A stretch of 64,000 bases of DNA from Cycas panzhihuaensis (Eukaryota; Plantae; Cycadophyta). Positions within the stretch are counted from its first letter, which is position 1; every line of letters starts with the position of its first letter. The notes beneath the pieces are model-generated. The model made no database searches and was not told where the DNA came from. It saw nothing but the letters and a program-made list of their open reading frames with translations. Shown piece after piece: positions 1 through 13,089 of this stretch. The position numbers and the translations under genes were made by a program. The stretch is from assembly GCA_023213395.1 (NCBI GenBank), contig CM041465.1, positions 95,549,741 through 95,613,740 on the forward strand. Direction: 5' to 3'.

Positions 1-916
1 TATCAATCTTTACCAATAATAGTCCATGGAAACACAAGTAGCTTAACAAAAGGTGTGGACAATATCATCCTAGTTTATATCAACAAATTTATGACTAGGA
101 TTCAAATGGTGTGAGGATATACATTGATATGCATGTGGTGGAGACTTTCTATAATATCTCTTAATTCAACCTCTATGTTCATCTTTGAGAGAATCCAAAT
201 TATGACAACATATCCTACAAGGTCATTAGAAGGTTCTTTCAAAGAAAGAAGAAATATGGGAAGAATATCATATAATCAAAATCTTGTACATCAAGATCAC
301 TACAAATTTTTGATAGGTTTCTTGACCTTATAGCTCAATCATATCAAAGTAATGTTTCATATTTGTGTAGTAGTAACAGGGAAATACGTGCATATGACCA
401 TAATGAAGGCTCTCATCATTCTTGACATAACAAATTCCCTAGATAACATAAGAGGAATAAAGTATATTACTTTTGAACAAGGAAAATTTATAAATGGATC
501 ATTATTGCTCATTCCCTTTCAAGGTAGTGATCAATGGATTAAAAAGTCAATCATTTAGCAGGTTTGGAAATAGACAAGGAGAAGTCAATTTACTTTATAT
601 TTATTCCAAGACAACCATACCTCTCCCAGGAGTACACATGAAGATTCATCAAATAGAAAATAGGACGCAACATAGCAAACAAGACATACATATTTTACAC
701 TACATTAGATGAAGACAAAACTCAAGACATCATCATCAGAAAGATTCCAAGACTTAAGAGATGGAAGTTTAAGCATCACTTCAAAGATAAGCCAAGTCAA
801 GTCCTATGTCAATTTTGTCATGTTTCTATAGTCTCAAACTCGAGTTAAGTCCTATGTCAGTGTGTGTCAGCCATGTCCAATTATCCTTAGTTCAAACATT
901 AAACATTAAGTAGGGG

Positions 917-1277
917 TGTTAGAATATAATATTTAATGTTGTGTGAGTATTAGGGTCAATAATTTCAAGTATTAGAGGGTAAGAGCCATTTGTCATCATA
1001 ACATTATTGGTTAAGTTAGTAGTGTATTGTCATTAATTAGAGTAAAGGTAATAGTCCCATATGCATTAGATCTATACTGTGATCTCCCACCTACGTAGTA
1101 TATAAAAGTGGTTGAGGTGGTATATGGAATACAACTTATCATGGAGACCAATATAGAGTCCCTAGTATAGTTGGTATTTTGATGTAATCTATTGATGTTA
1201 AGTTAATTCATTGTGGTCCTTGTCCATTGATATTGATGGGTGTTTATTGATGAATGGTTTCTATATTATTCTTAACG
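917..1277 (+). mobile_element. 3' LTR of an LTR retrotransposon whose body lies upstream (1-916 and beyond the window)
   Basis: Purine tract AAGTAGGGG (908-916) directly followed by TGTTAGAA. Ends TTCTTAACG (degenerate inverted terminus). TATATAAAAG at ~1099. Gypsy gag-like coding resumes right after 1277. Confidence 0.65.
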
Positions 1278-4200
1278 CACTCTAGTAAATGGAGAAAAAA
1301 AATGGTATAGATCCTTATAAATTAAAGAAGGATATCATTGAGTTAAAGGCACAAGGATTTTGCTCCTTTTATGGCCAAAACTAGAGTAAAGGGCATCATT
1401 ATCAAAAGAAAAGGTTGTTCTTAACTTTTATAGATAAATAAGGAATTGACCCTAGTTAGGATAAGGAGGTGGAATCCAATGAGATAGAAATAGGTGGTGG
1501 CCTAGATGAGGTTGAATTTGAAGCAAAGGCCATTAAGAACCTAATTAGAATATCCTTGGTAGCAATCATAGGAAGCACAACCCCTTAAACTCTTGAAATT
1601 GTGGGCTACATAAAGAAGGAAAGAGTGATAATACTTATCGACTCTAGTAGTACATATAGCTTTATCAATAAGCAATGTGTGGAAAGAGTTAAAAAATACA
1701 TCTATCCTATAAATTAGTTTTAAGTAATGATTATAGATGTAGGATTTATTAAATATAGAAGAATCTGTGAAAAAGTAAAGCTAACAATGGAAGAGTATTC
1801 TCTTAAGTCACCAATGTATTCAATTCAAATAAATGGTATAGATATTATTTTAAGCACCTAATGGCTAAGAACATTAGGGACAATTACATTAAATCTAGAT
1901 AAGTTATTCATGAAATTCAAATCTAAGGGTAAAAGCTACATATTACAAGGAATTATTTCAGCCAAAACTCTATTCGTAACATATCATAAAATGGAGAAGA
2001 TATTAAAAAGGGAATGTCTAAACTTTGTCACTAGATATTTCTCTCTTGAAGCAAAAATGGAGGATAATTCAACTAGTAGTGATATGTAAGACATTGTACA
2101 AAAACACTCAGAGATATTTAAGGATCCTCTAATGGGGTTATTTATTGATCAAGCTGTGGAACATGTGATTGAACTCAAAGAAAGATTAAAACAAATCAAT
2201 ATTAAAGCATAACAACATCACTATATTTAGAAGAATAAAATTGAAATAATTATTTAGTATCTATTAAAAATTAGAGCCATATCACCTGGTAAAATCCAAC
2301 ATGCAACATCCATAGTGTTGGTAACAAAAGATATGGTTCTTTTTACATGTATGTAAATTCTTATATGTTGAACAAAATAATTATTAAGAATAATTTTTTT
2401 ATTCTAAGAAACAACATACTCTTGGATGAACTTCATGGAGCTAAATATTTCACTAAACTTGATTTATGATTTGGATACTATCAAATACATATTCATACTA
2501 AATATATTCTAAAAACAACTTTATATATATATATGGATCATTATGAATTTAATATCATATTCTTAGCTTAACAAATACCCCAATAATATTCTAAGTAATT
2601 ATGAACAAAATCTTTTAACCATTGTTAAAGTAGAATTGCACTCATATTCTTTGATAATATTTTAGTATATAGTCATAGTCAGGACGAGTACCTATTACAT
2701 GTCAATAAGGTTTTGTGAACCTTAAGAAAAAATAAGTTCTATGCTAAGAAATCCAAGTGTATATTTGGAAAATAAGAGATAGAATACTTTGGGCATATTT
2801 TACTGAAGGAGTAAAAAATGACCCAAGAAAAATCAAAGTCATTTTGGATTGGTTGACCCTAAAGGGTATCTCCAAATTACGAAGATTATTAGGATTAATA
2901 GGTTATTATAGAATATTTATTAAAACCTATACTTGCACCATGACCCCCTTAATTAACATGTTAAAAGTAGAATCATTTATATGGAATGATGAGGCACAAT
3001 AAAGCTTTCAAAACTAAAAATAATGCATGATGATTGCATCGATACTAACCATGCTTAATTTTTCAAAACCCTTCATATTAGAATATGATATACTTAGAAA
3101 TAGAATAGGGGTTGTCCTCATGCAGGAAAATCACCTAATTTCATTTGAAAGCAAAAAATAAAATTAAAAGAAAATATTAAAATCCACTTATAATAAAGAA
3201 ATGTTAGCAATAATGCATACATTAGTAAAATTAAGATAATACCTATTGGGAAGTAAGTTTCTAATCTAAACAGATCATGATAGTCTAAAATACTTTCCTA
3301 CACTAAAAGATAGTGACCCCTAAACAACAAAAGTTGGTTAGCAAAATTCAAATATTTGACTTTGAGATCCTTTATGAGAAAGAGAAAGAAAGCAAGGTGG
3401 TTGATGAACTATTTAGAAGAAATAAATATTCCATTTTATGTCCTTCTACTACTATTATTTTATCATGGATCAATGATATCTAAGCCAAGTATGCCAAAAG
3501 TAAGAAAACTCAAGATATTATAACCAAGCTATAAGAGGGAGCATTACATCCATGAGATAAATATGAATGAAAGAATGATATCCTTTAGTATAAAGGATGT
3601 ATTTACCTAATCTTAACATCTAAGTACAAAAGATAAATTTTGAAAGAATACCATATAGTGCTTACAATAGATTATACAGGATTCTTTAAAACCTATATTA
3701 AAGTATTTTAATCTTTATACTATAAAGGACAGAAGAAAGGTACCCAACAATTTATAGTAGGATGTGGCATATGCCAAGCCCACAAAAATGATAATGTAGC
3801 AACTACTAGCCTCCTACAACTCATGTATGTACCAAACAAAAAGTGATAAGAAATATTATTAGATTTCATAACTAGGCTCCCAAAATTAGAAGGAAGAGAA
3901 TATTTTTATGGTCATTGATAGTTTAACTAAGTATACTCACTTTACAAGAATCTAATCAAGCTTCAATGCAAAACAAATTATAAGTATTTTTATGAAATCT
4001 ATTTTTTGACTTCACAAATTTTTAAAAGTCATCATTAATGATTGTGATCTAAAATTTATAAATAATTTTGTAAAGAATTATTTAAGCAAGGTAGGCACAA
4101 ACTTAATAATGAGTACAACATATCACCTACAAACATATGATCAAATAGAGATAATAAATAAATGTTTGGAAGGATATTTGTGAAGTTTCATCTATAAAAA

Positions 4201-5040
4201 ACCTAGCCAATGATATTAATAGATTCACCTAGTTGAATAATGGTATAATATAACATTCCATGGTTTCATTAAGATTTCTCTTTTTATAATACTATATGGA
4301 TACAACCCCTTATCTTTACAAGAATATAACTCATTATATAATAAGAATCCAATAGTACAAGAATTCTTACAATAATTTCATAAAATAATACAAATTCTTA
4401 AGTAATGATTAGAATCATCTCACATTAAGATAAAAATACAACAAGATCAACACAAATCTGATAGGAATTTTCAAGCAAGAAATTAGGTTTACCTTAAGCT
4501 CTAACCCTATAAATAAACATCCATTAAGAATTCCAATCAAAGAAAACATGCTTTAAAATTCTATAGACCTTATCAAATTTAATAAAAAATTGGTAAGGTT
4601 GCTTATGCATTACTCTTGCCTGACAAGAGAAGGATTCACAACATCTTCCATGTGTTTTGCCTTTAAGTAAAAGATAGGAGAAAAAATATTGTAAGAAATT
4701 ATGATACCAAAATTGGATGATGAAGGAAAATTAATCTTAATTTTAGAAGTGATTATTCATAATATTTTCCATGTGTTTTGCCTTAAGTGGAAGATAAGAG
4801 ACAAAATACTACAATAAATGATGATACTAGAGACTAATGATGAAGGAAAATTAATCTTAATTCTTGAAGTAATTTTAGATTCACAAATAAGAAATTTAGG
4901 TTTAGGATAAATTCTAGAATATTTAGTTAAGTGAAAAAATTTACCACTTGAGGATGCTTCTTGGAAATCCAACAAATGCTACAAATGTTATCTAGTACTG
5001 GGGATGCTTTGAGAGTAAAGTATTTTAAGAAGGGTAGTAT
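1278..5040 (+). pseudogene. Decayed Ty3/gypsy chromovirus gag end + pol (PR-RT-RH-INT-chromodomain)
   Basis: Protease ILIDSSSTYSFI at ~1630. RT LDELHGAKYFTKLDL at ~2420 and FFDNILVYS at ~2645. ORF 2757-3002 has LRRLLGLIGYYRIFIK. RNase H KPFILEYD at ~3065. Integrase ~3600-4300. Chromodomain EYLVK*KNLPLEDASW at ~4917-4965. PPT AAGAAGGGTAGTA at ~5027-5039. Many stops and frameshifts. Confidence 0.92.
4634..4874 (+). repeat. ~120-bp tandem duplication in the integrase C-terminal region
   Basis: ATTCAcAAcATcTTCCATGTGTTTTGCCTT...TGATGAAGGAAAATTAATCTTAATT occurs at 4634-4754 and again at 4755-4874. Confidence 0.9.
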
Positions 5041-5137
5041 TATTATGTACTAAATCAAGTATCTTTACATTAACAAATTATTACTTAATTATGGAAGGGT
5101 ACATCGATGGGTCATACCCTTTCATATAAAGTCACCA

Positions 5138-5166
5138 TATATGTGTATACATACATACATACACAC

Positions 5167-5216
<50 letters not shown>

Positions 5217-5240
5217 GTATGTATGTATGTATGCATGTAT
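5138..5240. repeat. Compound microsatellite (CATA/TA/TG/TATG)
   Basis: Directly visible simple repeats. Confidence 0.95.
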
Positions 5241-5539
5241 GGACCATTGCAACTTAATATCATTATTTATTTAATTAAATATTCATCTTCAAATCCCTTT
5301 TCAAGGCACTTTATATGTAAACTTAGAGATTGCCCCCCTTTGATTAACTAAACATTCTTGAGTCTGCATGGTTGACCCATTTGGATCATCACACTCTACC
5401 AATCCATTTATCCATTTTAAAGATTAACTTCTCAAAACCCATAAGCACCATAGTATTCCACCACTTCATAGTCAAAAGCATTATAAAACTAGTCTATGTC
5501 TTATAACCTATATTAATAATATCAAAGGGCCTCCTCTCA

Positions 5540-6140
5540 TAATCCTTAATAACCTACAATCTCTAAAACTATTTCATAATATCCTCCCTACTTTCAATTT
5601 TAAGGAAATATCACTTACCACTTCCTAAACTCTCATCCCTAACCCCAATAAAAAATAAGATATCATTAATTCCCTATATAACATTCAAGCTTAATATGAC
5701 ATCTTTGAGTTCCTTGTCCAAGGGGTCAACTCCAAAGAAGAGGTTGTAAAATAGAAGTCAACAATAAAGTTTATTTATTAACTCCAATGCTGGCTCAACT
5801 TTGAGGATTTAACATCTTAGGGGAGGGAACATGTAACATAGCTATCTTAATTATAAGACATAATGGTTAACACATATAACCACATAACATAATAATTATC
5901 ACTATCCCTTAACATGTGTGCAACTTGCTTATTTCCACTAATAGAATTCTTGTAAGGGAGGACTCTCTTGTCTATATAAGGTCTCCTAAAAGTATAGTAG
6001 GGCATTATCATATATTTGAGCTTATTATGTATTGGCATATTACTGTACTACATTTGGTTCTCTTGGTGTTCAATTCTATATTTAGTTTCTTTTAGTAATA
6101 AAGTGATTTGTTGCATCCATATTTCCTTTACTATATCCTT
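5540..6140 (+). mobile_element. Second gypsy 3' relic: chromodomain remnant, PPT and 3' LTR
   Basis: FEFLVQGVNSKEEVVK-like chromodomain remnant at ~5704-5750. PPT AGGGGAGGGAACA (~5819-5831) followed by TGTAAC at 5832. TATATAAGG at ~5973 and AATAAAG at ~6097. LTR right end approximate. Confidence 0.55.
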
Positions 6141-7261
6141 TAAACTTTTTCTTGGCATAATTGTGGTGAATTATTGGGATAGGTATGTCTGACTCAAAGT
6201 ACATAACTATGCATTTAAACTTGCACAATGTACAACTAATCTTACTCTAAACTCAACCTAATCATATTTTAGTACCATGTTGATATTAAAACTAGGATCA
6301 AAGTGAAAATGAATAGATAATAATACACAAAGAAAATTGAATTATAAAGCATATTAACTCACCTCATTCTCATTAAATTTTTAATGTACAAACAACATGC
6401 ATATAAGAAATAATAAAAATAATATTTACAAACTATTAATATGACAGTTATGTGGAATGTTAAATAACACATAATAATTCTTCACTCCTACAATAGTATA
6501 AAAATAAGCTAAAATTCAAATCGTAAAAGGGAAGGCTCATAAGTCAAAATTATAAGCCTTATAAACATTAATTTCTTTAACAATAACTACACCTGATTCT
6601 AAACCAAAATTTTTAGAAATGAACTAGATTCTTCAAACTTGCATCTACCAAACCTAATTAAAGTTGAACTGTGCAACACAAATGTCTTATTAATTTTTCC
6701 ATTACAATATATTGATCCCCCAAAATTATCAAATAATGTATAGTTTATGAACATACATAGATTCTCACCATAAGTAGAACAAGACATTCCATAAAGATAC
6801 TTGTCTATGCTTACATCTCATGAATTTATGCCTTTGAGAGACCCTTATAACCAACCCACCATAGACAAGGTGAGGTATACATAAACTAAACCAAATAAAC
6901 ATAACTACAAAAGATGCCTTAAAATTCAAATCACTAAAAGCACATTAAATAATAGATAACAATGCTATAGTAGTTCTAATAAATGAGCTCCAAAATGCTA
7001 ATGGGGTTGATAACAACAACTTTAGCCCCTTTTGAGGAGATGGCCCTTTAAAGCAACACAAGCTTTCCAAGGAAAGAAGACTAGAAGAGATGTGCATGCA
7101 TGATATGTTTGAATGATTTCTAGGACTTTTGTATAAGCATATAGTTCATCTAAATTGTGCTTCGTTTAATAATAGTTTAGAAAACCAACATATTATTACT
7201 AGATTATCAAGTCAATTCTCATAGATAATGGATTCAATTTAGTGGTTCTTTCTAAAGTGCT

Positions 7262-7860
7262 TATAATAAGACTCATCTTTCTGAGATGCTTTGCCCTTAA
7301 AGCATTAAAATGTTGGATGTTGTTCTAGAAAGGCCTCATTTTCCTTACTGGTATATTCTTTGTGCAAGCTCTGCAATTTGTCAAGGTACTCATCAGTCTC
7401 CTTAGCTCAAAAGGTCCTTGTTCATGTTTCCAAATAGTTTCTAATTCTAAATTTATCTTTCATTCTTCATTTAGTTCTAGTAATTCCATCTATATTGTTA
7501 GGAATCTTCTTTTCTAAATACAAAATATAGAAGACATCATTGATTATGCTTATGTTTGTTAGTTTTAAGGATATGCTACTTTTCTCACTTGTCTTCTCAC
7601 TTAAGGCTTGTAGAATTTTAGTTCTAACTTCTCCTTTTTGAAAAATTTTAAGGATTTTTTTTTGTAATATTAGAGTCTTATGTAAACCCAATTCCTTATT
7701 TATAATTCCCTTTATAATATATATAGGTTCTTCTATTGTTTCATTCTGTAATGGTCCATGAATATATATTTCCTAAGTATTCAGAGTCTATTTTGTGCCT
7801 ATTGTAAATGGTCCCTTACTAAGGCATTTTTATCTCTATATTTAAATAACCATTTATGGA
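7262..7860 (-). pseudogene. Gypsy chromovirus integrase C-terminus + chromodomain relic
   Basis: Minus-strand frames give LVRDHLQ*AQNR, NWVYIRL*YYKKKSL, IINDVFYILYLEKK and EYLDKLQSLHKEYTSKENEAFLEQHP (chromodomain-like), then a PPT-like tract and TATTATAAG at ~7260-7280. Confidence 0.75.
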
Positions 7861-8049
7861 TCATGGCATATATTCATAAAGATTAATAAATAGATACATT
7901 TAGATAATGCATAATAGATTTCATTAGATGATCATTTAATGTAATATAGCCAATTGTACCACTTTTGATATTTATTTATTATAAAGATCAACAAATAACC
8001 CTTCAAAAATTTATTTATTTATTTATTGAGAATGATAATTCATTAGATA

Positions 8050-9190
8050 AGACATCTTAAAAATAATACAACACAATGAAGGGATGGTGATCTCTAAAGA
8101 GACCAACCTTTTGCTCCTTAGGTATCCAAATCCATAGCTTCATCTATCTTGAATAGTTGAAGCCACCTATAAGGCAAGAAATCAAATACTAGATTGCAAG
8201 TATAAGGCCAATTCCTTAGAGATTGTAGGGTCAAACCACATTCTTCATAATCTAGAAAATAATTAAACTAGACCATGAGCATGAAGTAAACTACTTTAGA
8301 GGTTACAAGGATAACCTATCCATATAAAAACTAAATTACTAGCATGACATCAAAAACTCATAGGTTGTAAGGTCAAATCATAGAAATCTCAATATTATAA
8401 TCTTGATTGTAGGGATGGAGTCACTATTCTAGAGGCCACAAGGTCTAATGTTATAAAACCCATAAGCCTAGGCCTCAACAAAACTCTAAATACTATTATA
8501 CATTCAATATTAACCACCATTGTCAACATGCACCATGTCAAAAGTTTGTAGTTAGTAGATGATAATCCATCCACATCAAAATGCTAATGCAACTCATAGA
8601 GGATGGTTATCAATCACCATTATTGCTACCCATGCATCTCATCATATATTCCAATGTCTTTGCTTTACATAGAGAAGCATATGGATACACAGACATAATA
8701 GCCTTAACTCTAGTTACTTGGTCCAAATAGACTACACATGGCTTAGCTTGAAGATCATATACACAAACTAGTAGTTCACTTGAGATACTATTAGATGCTA
8801 AAGAAGGCAGTTATTCATGTGCTTGGAGGAGAGTACTAAGGTAGTTATTCTCCTCTAATCCATCTTGCTCATCTTGGGCTAACCACATGCTTCCACTAAT
8901 GCATTCCCTCCTTTGTAAGATCATTATTACCAACTAATACCTTAACACTTGGTCATATTACCCTCAACATCATCAAGATCTCATAGCACCTTGTCCCTAA
9001 TTTGATGCACTATATAATTGTCATACCAAACCCTAGTTGCCATATATTAGTTATGAGTGTAAGATCTCCATGCCATGTTCCACTCCTCTAGCCAATTCTC
9101 CCTAAGCTCTTGAACACCCTCACCTACATGTACTTGCCTCTCCATGTGTATAATAGGTGGCCCTAATGATGTTTATTCAATATGATACCC
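8050..9190 (-). pseudogene. Possible highly decayed gag-protease region with PBS-like site
   Basis: AATATGATACCC at ~9179-9190 resembles the reverse complement of the iMet PBS. Only weak gag- and protease-like fragments on the minus strand. Confidence 0.3.
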
Positions 9191-10253
9191 TATAACTATA
9201 TAGAGGTGAATAGTATATTATTATTTCCACACATTAGTCTTTAGCTCACTTTGGTCCAATTTGTTACACTTTTAGCAAGTTTTAAAGTTTGACAACATTT
9301 TAACTAAAAAACCATGGATTTTTAGGTGGCTAACTTTAAATTAATTTTTTAAATATATTTTTACTATAATTATTTCTATAAATAATATTAGTAGATTTTA
9401 GATATCAAAGTCCACCATCAAATCTATTATTGTACTTGTTTATGTATAATTATTTACCATTGTTCATCAATTAAGAGATTGCTATATCATACTTTTGAAA
9501 TAAATTAAAGACTTCATTCTTCCTTTTTACTTTCATATGCTCTTAGATAATATTAATGGATGAGAATCATTAAAGAGTCCATAGCCCTTTAGTAACCTTC
9601 TTATTTACGTTATGAGATCATCAAGGTAGTTACAATTTGTTTGCATAGAAATATATGAATATTATCTCTCCATCAAGAAAGTATCATTCTATATGAGTAT
9701 TAATTTTCCATGAAGGGATAAAAGGATTAAAGGTATACGACAATAATTATTAGGTATGCATCTTATCACTTACGTATTCTATATCTAGAGTAAAGAATCC
9801 ATCTTAGCTTAACATAAACACCTCCATATATGGCTACTTTAAGACTTACTCATAATGTGCATTTATCTCTTTAAGTATTTATTCTTTAATTAATTAGGAA
9901 TATATAGCTTTCCAATTCCATTTATAATTCCATCTACTTGTAATCATTAATTAATTAAAGAAAATTGATTATTTAAATAATCTACCATAACTAAACCCCT
10001 CTTAAAAAGAACCCTCTTTGGCATGCTTATTTTTGTATCCTCTGCATATAAATACCATAGCTTGGTGCTGGAAAAATAATGTTTAATCTATGGTTAATCC
10101 ACAAGTATGTGTGTGGGTTGATGACACCCTTAACTTGCTAAGATATAAGTTGGTTGGATCATGATAATGTAGTTTTTGTTAACATTGATCATAATATTTT
10201 GAATGATTGCAATCTATTTTGTTATGCAAAGATTGATTGCAAAGTGTAGTGTT

Positions 10254-11438
10254 TTTTTTTTTTTTTTGATATGGTAAAATAATATTACAGGGGTTTTTAA
10301 CTGGGTCCCCAAACCCTATACATTAAGGCCAAACAGCATAGAAAAGATGACCATGATAGGCCCATGGTCTAGCCTAGGATTAAATCTCTCGTTGTCCTCT
10401 GCCTACCTCTCCAGTATGTGCATCAGCCCTGACCAGTCTCAGTAGCTCCTCTGGGTATTCTTCTTTCCATACTTTTGATCTTCTATTTGACACTGTCCAG
10501 TTTGCCAGCTAATCTGCTGCCGAATTCCCTTCCCTATAAATATGCTGAATCTGAACACCAACTTTGGAACTCAGAATATCCTGGACATCCCTAAAGATAT
10601 CATTATTGTTCCATCCAAGGTCCGCTTCTCCTTTCAAGCATTTTATTACATACATTGAATCACCCTCTATGACCACCTTTTGCATTTCCTCCTCATCCAT
10701 TAGAGTTGCTGCCCTCAGCATAGCCCGAACCTCAGCTTTCTGGTTTGATTGGATGCCTAAGTACTTCGCGAAAGCCTAATTCAGGTTACCACCATGATCC
10801 CTGTAAAGGCCACCCCCTCTCGCCTCTCCAGGGTTACCTTTGGCCACTCCATCAAAATTTACTTTTACCCATGATAAATCTGGAGGGTACCACTTAACAT
10901 CTCTTCTCCTCACTCCATCACCTATTTGGAGATCTATACCCCACTCTTTAATAATACCTTCTTCCCCCTTGGGTATCCTATCCCCTTTTGGTTTAACCAG
11001 CATTTCTAAAATACCCTTCCTGATCTCCACGAGCAGAGTTGGGCTATCCTTCTCTATGCTTTCAAAGATCCTTCTATTTCATTCTTTCCATATGTACCAG
11101 GAGCCTATCAGGAGGATCATCTTCCAGATTCTAATAAGGGTTTTACTTTTAAAAGGGGGAATCCAAGCTATCCACTACTCTTTTAGGGATTTAGATGAGA
11201 CCCAAGCTATTCCCATCCCAGACCAAATGTCACTCCAAATGCTCGACGAATAGGGACATTGAATACTTAGGTGGTCCAGGGTTTCAACTTCCATCTTACA
11301 TAGAGCACACACGCTGTCATTAATTGAAAACCTCTCTTCGAGAGATTATCCATTGTGAGTAATTTATTTTGGAGACATAACCACCAAAAAGCGGCTATCT
11401 TTGGGAGAATCCCTAACTTCCAGACCCCTGCTAAGATG
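10254..11438 (-). mobile_element. 5'-truncated L1-type LINE (zinc-finger zf-RVT region + RNase H + 3' UTR + poly(A))
   Basis: Poly(T) at 10252-10267. 16-bp TSD TGCAAAGTGTAGTGTT at 10238-10253 and 11439-11454. ORFs 10776-11030 (WVKVNFDGVAKGNPGEARGGGLYRD) and 10509-10721 (VVIEGDS...HIYREGNSAAD) are RNase H motifs. Confidence 0.95.
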
Positions 11439-11505
11439 TGCAAAGTGTAGTGTTAATTATGACAAGGTATATTGTAACTTTTTGCTAGTTTTAGTAAAGT
11501 ATTTT

Positions 11506-11948
11506 TGTTGGGTGTAATGTCATCACTCAACTCCCTCTTACCTACCAGGATTGTGCACCTCAATTTAGATATGTGATGCTCAACATGTCAAGGTAAGTTA
11601 AGGTAAGTTGAGTTAGTTTCATTTGAGTTAAGTTAGTATTATTTTATTATTAATTTGAATTCAGGGGTTGAGGAGTTTCCTCCTCCCAAACTATAAATGT
11701 TAAGGGGTGTACAACCCTGATGTCTTTAGACACCACCTACTTTTGAGGAAGATTTGTAATACTCATTCTACTACAATGGATTGAACAGCAAGGCTCTCAT
11801 GTGTTTATGCTATTGTAATGGTGATACACTGCTGTATTGATGCAATACTAGTTTATACTTATTTGATATATGTTCTAACCTGTTAGTTTGCAAGCATTTT
11901 TTCCATCATTTGGTATAAGAGCATTGTGGCTCCATATTTTTTCCATCA
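11506..11948 (+). repeat. 5' LTR
   Basis: TGTTGGGTG...TTCCATCA, near-identical to 16410-16855. Confidence 0.95.
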
Positions 11949-11950
11949 TT

Positions 11951-11962
11951 TGGTATCAGAGC
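11951..11962 (+). promoter_or_regulatory. Primer-binding site complementary to the 3' end of tRNA-iMet
   Basis: TGGTATCAGAGC 2 nt after the LTR end. Confidence 0.95.
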
Positions 11963-13089
11963 AGGCGATTGCTGACCTGCTGAGTTTTTGAAGAAGAGCA
12001 ACAGGATCTACTGACACTCTACAACAGATTTTTTTACAAGCAATATATATTAACTAGATTTATTTTCTGAAAATTTTAGCAAGTTTTATATATTATTTCA
12101 GCAGATTTTGATTATTATTGAGCTATATTTCCGGTTCAACAAACATTACTGAGATCTATTTTCAGATTTGTGCAGATCTACAAAGGATTTTCAGCAACAA
12201 GCTATATACACTCAAGTTTATTCTTATATTTGAGTTATTTTCTGTTCAGATCTACAGATTTATCATATATTTTGATAGTTTACAAGTTTTTTTATCTACT
12301 TATTTGATATTTTTTGCAGATTTGTAAAAGAGCATTAGCTGCATACAAAAGTTATTAAGTTTTTTTCAAAGATCTGTAACTTATTACTTCAGATCTACTA
12401 ATTCTATTATAAATCTGCTTATTGTATCAGATTTTTCAAGCATTTTCTGTTACATTTAGTTCAAGATCTGTTATATTTCATTTCAGATTTATATTTTCCA
12501 TTATATTGTTTAACTATATTTTCAAGTTTTCTACAGATCTACAATTTTTGGAGTATATTTAGCTTTTTTTTAGAAGAATACATTACAGATCTGTATATTG
12601 GAAGCTTTTGAAGCTTATTTTCAGCTACAAAGACAGCCACAGCTGCGTATTCTAGGTTATTCTACTCCATTTTAAATTTACATACATTTTATATATCTGT
12701 TCAATATATTTCTACATTTGGAATTCCTTTGAAAATTTTCAAATACAAATATATAAGAGTTTTATGATATATTCTCTTCGAAATCTTTGAAAAATTTATG
12801 AATATTGTGACTCTGTTATATGAGTATATTGCTCCATTAAGTTGTTTTACTGTTATTATTTGAAGAAATTTCTATAAAATCTTGTATCCTTTTTCATATA
12901 CCTGTAACATATTTGAAAGTTTGTTTCAAATACAAATTTATAGATATTTTTATATATTTTTGTCAATATATTAAAACAGAGGAAATACAACAACTAGTTG
13001 CATATCATTTATTAAGTCTTGCCTTTGAATGGCAAGCTAAAATTTTCTCTTCAAACTTAGAGAATTTGGTCTACATAGTGAAGCTCTAA

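Noticed and set aside
124-712. Three short plus-strand ORFs
   Set aside because: No domain similarity. They lie in the 3' internal region of an LTR element.
6350-6900. Possible minus-strand host exons (GT donors at ~6361 and ~6814)
   Set aside because: No consistent open frame or recognisable protein. Such motifs are common by chance.
6945-7772. Long stop-poor minus-strand frame that looked like an unknown or viral gene
   Set aside because: This and neighbouring frames give gypsy integrase C-terminal and chromodomain motifs, so it is a retrotransposon relic.
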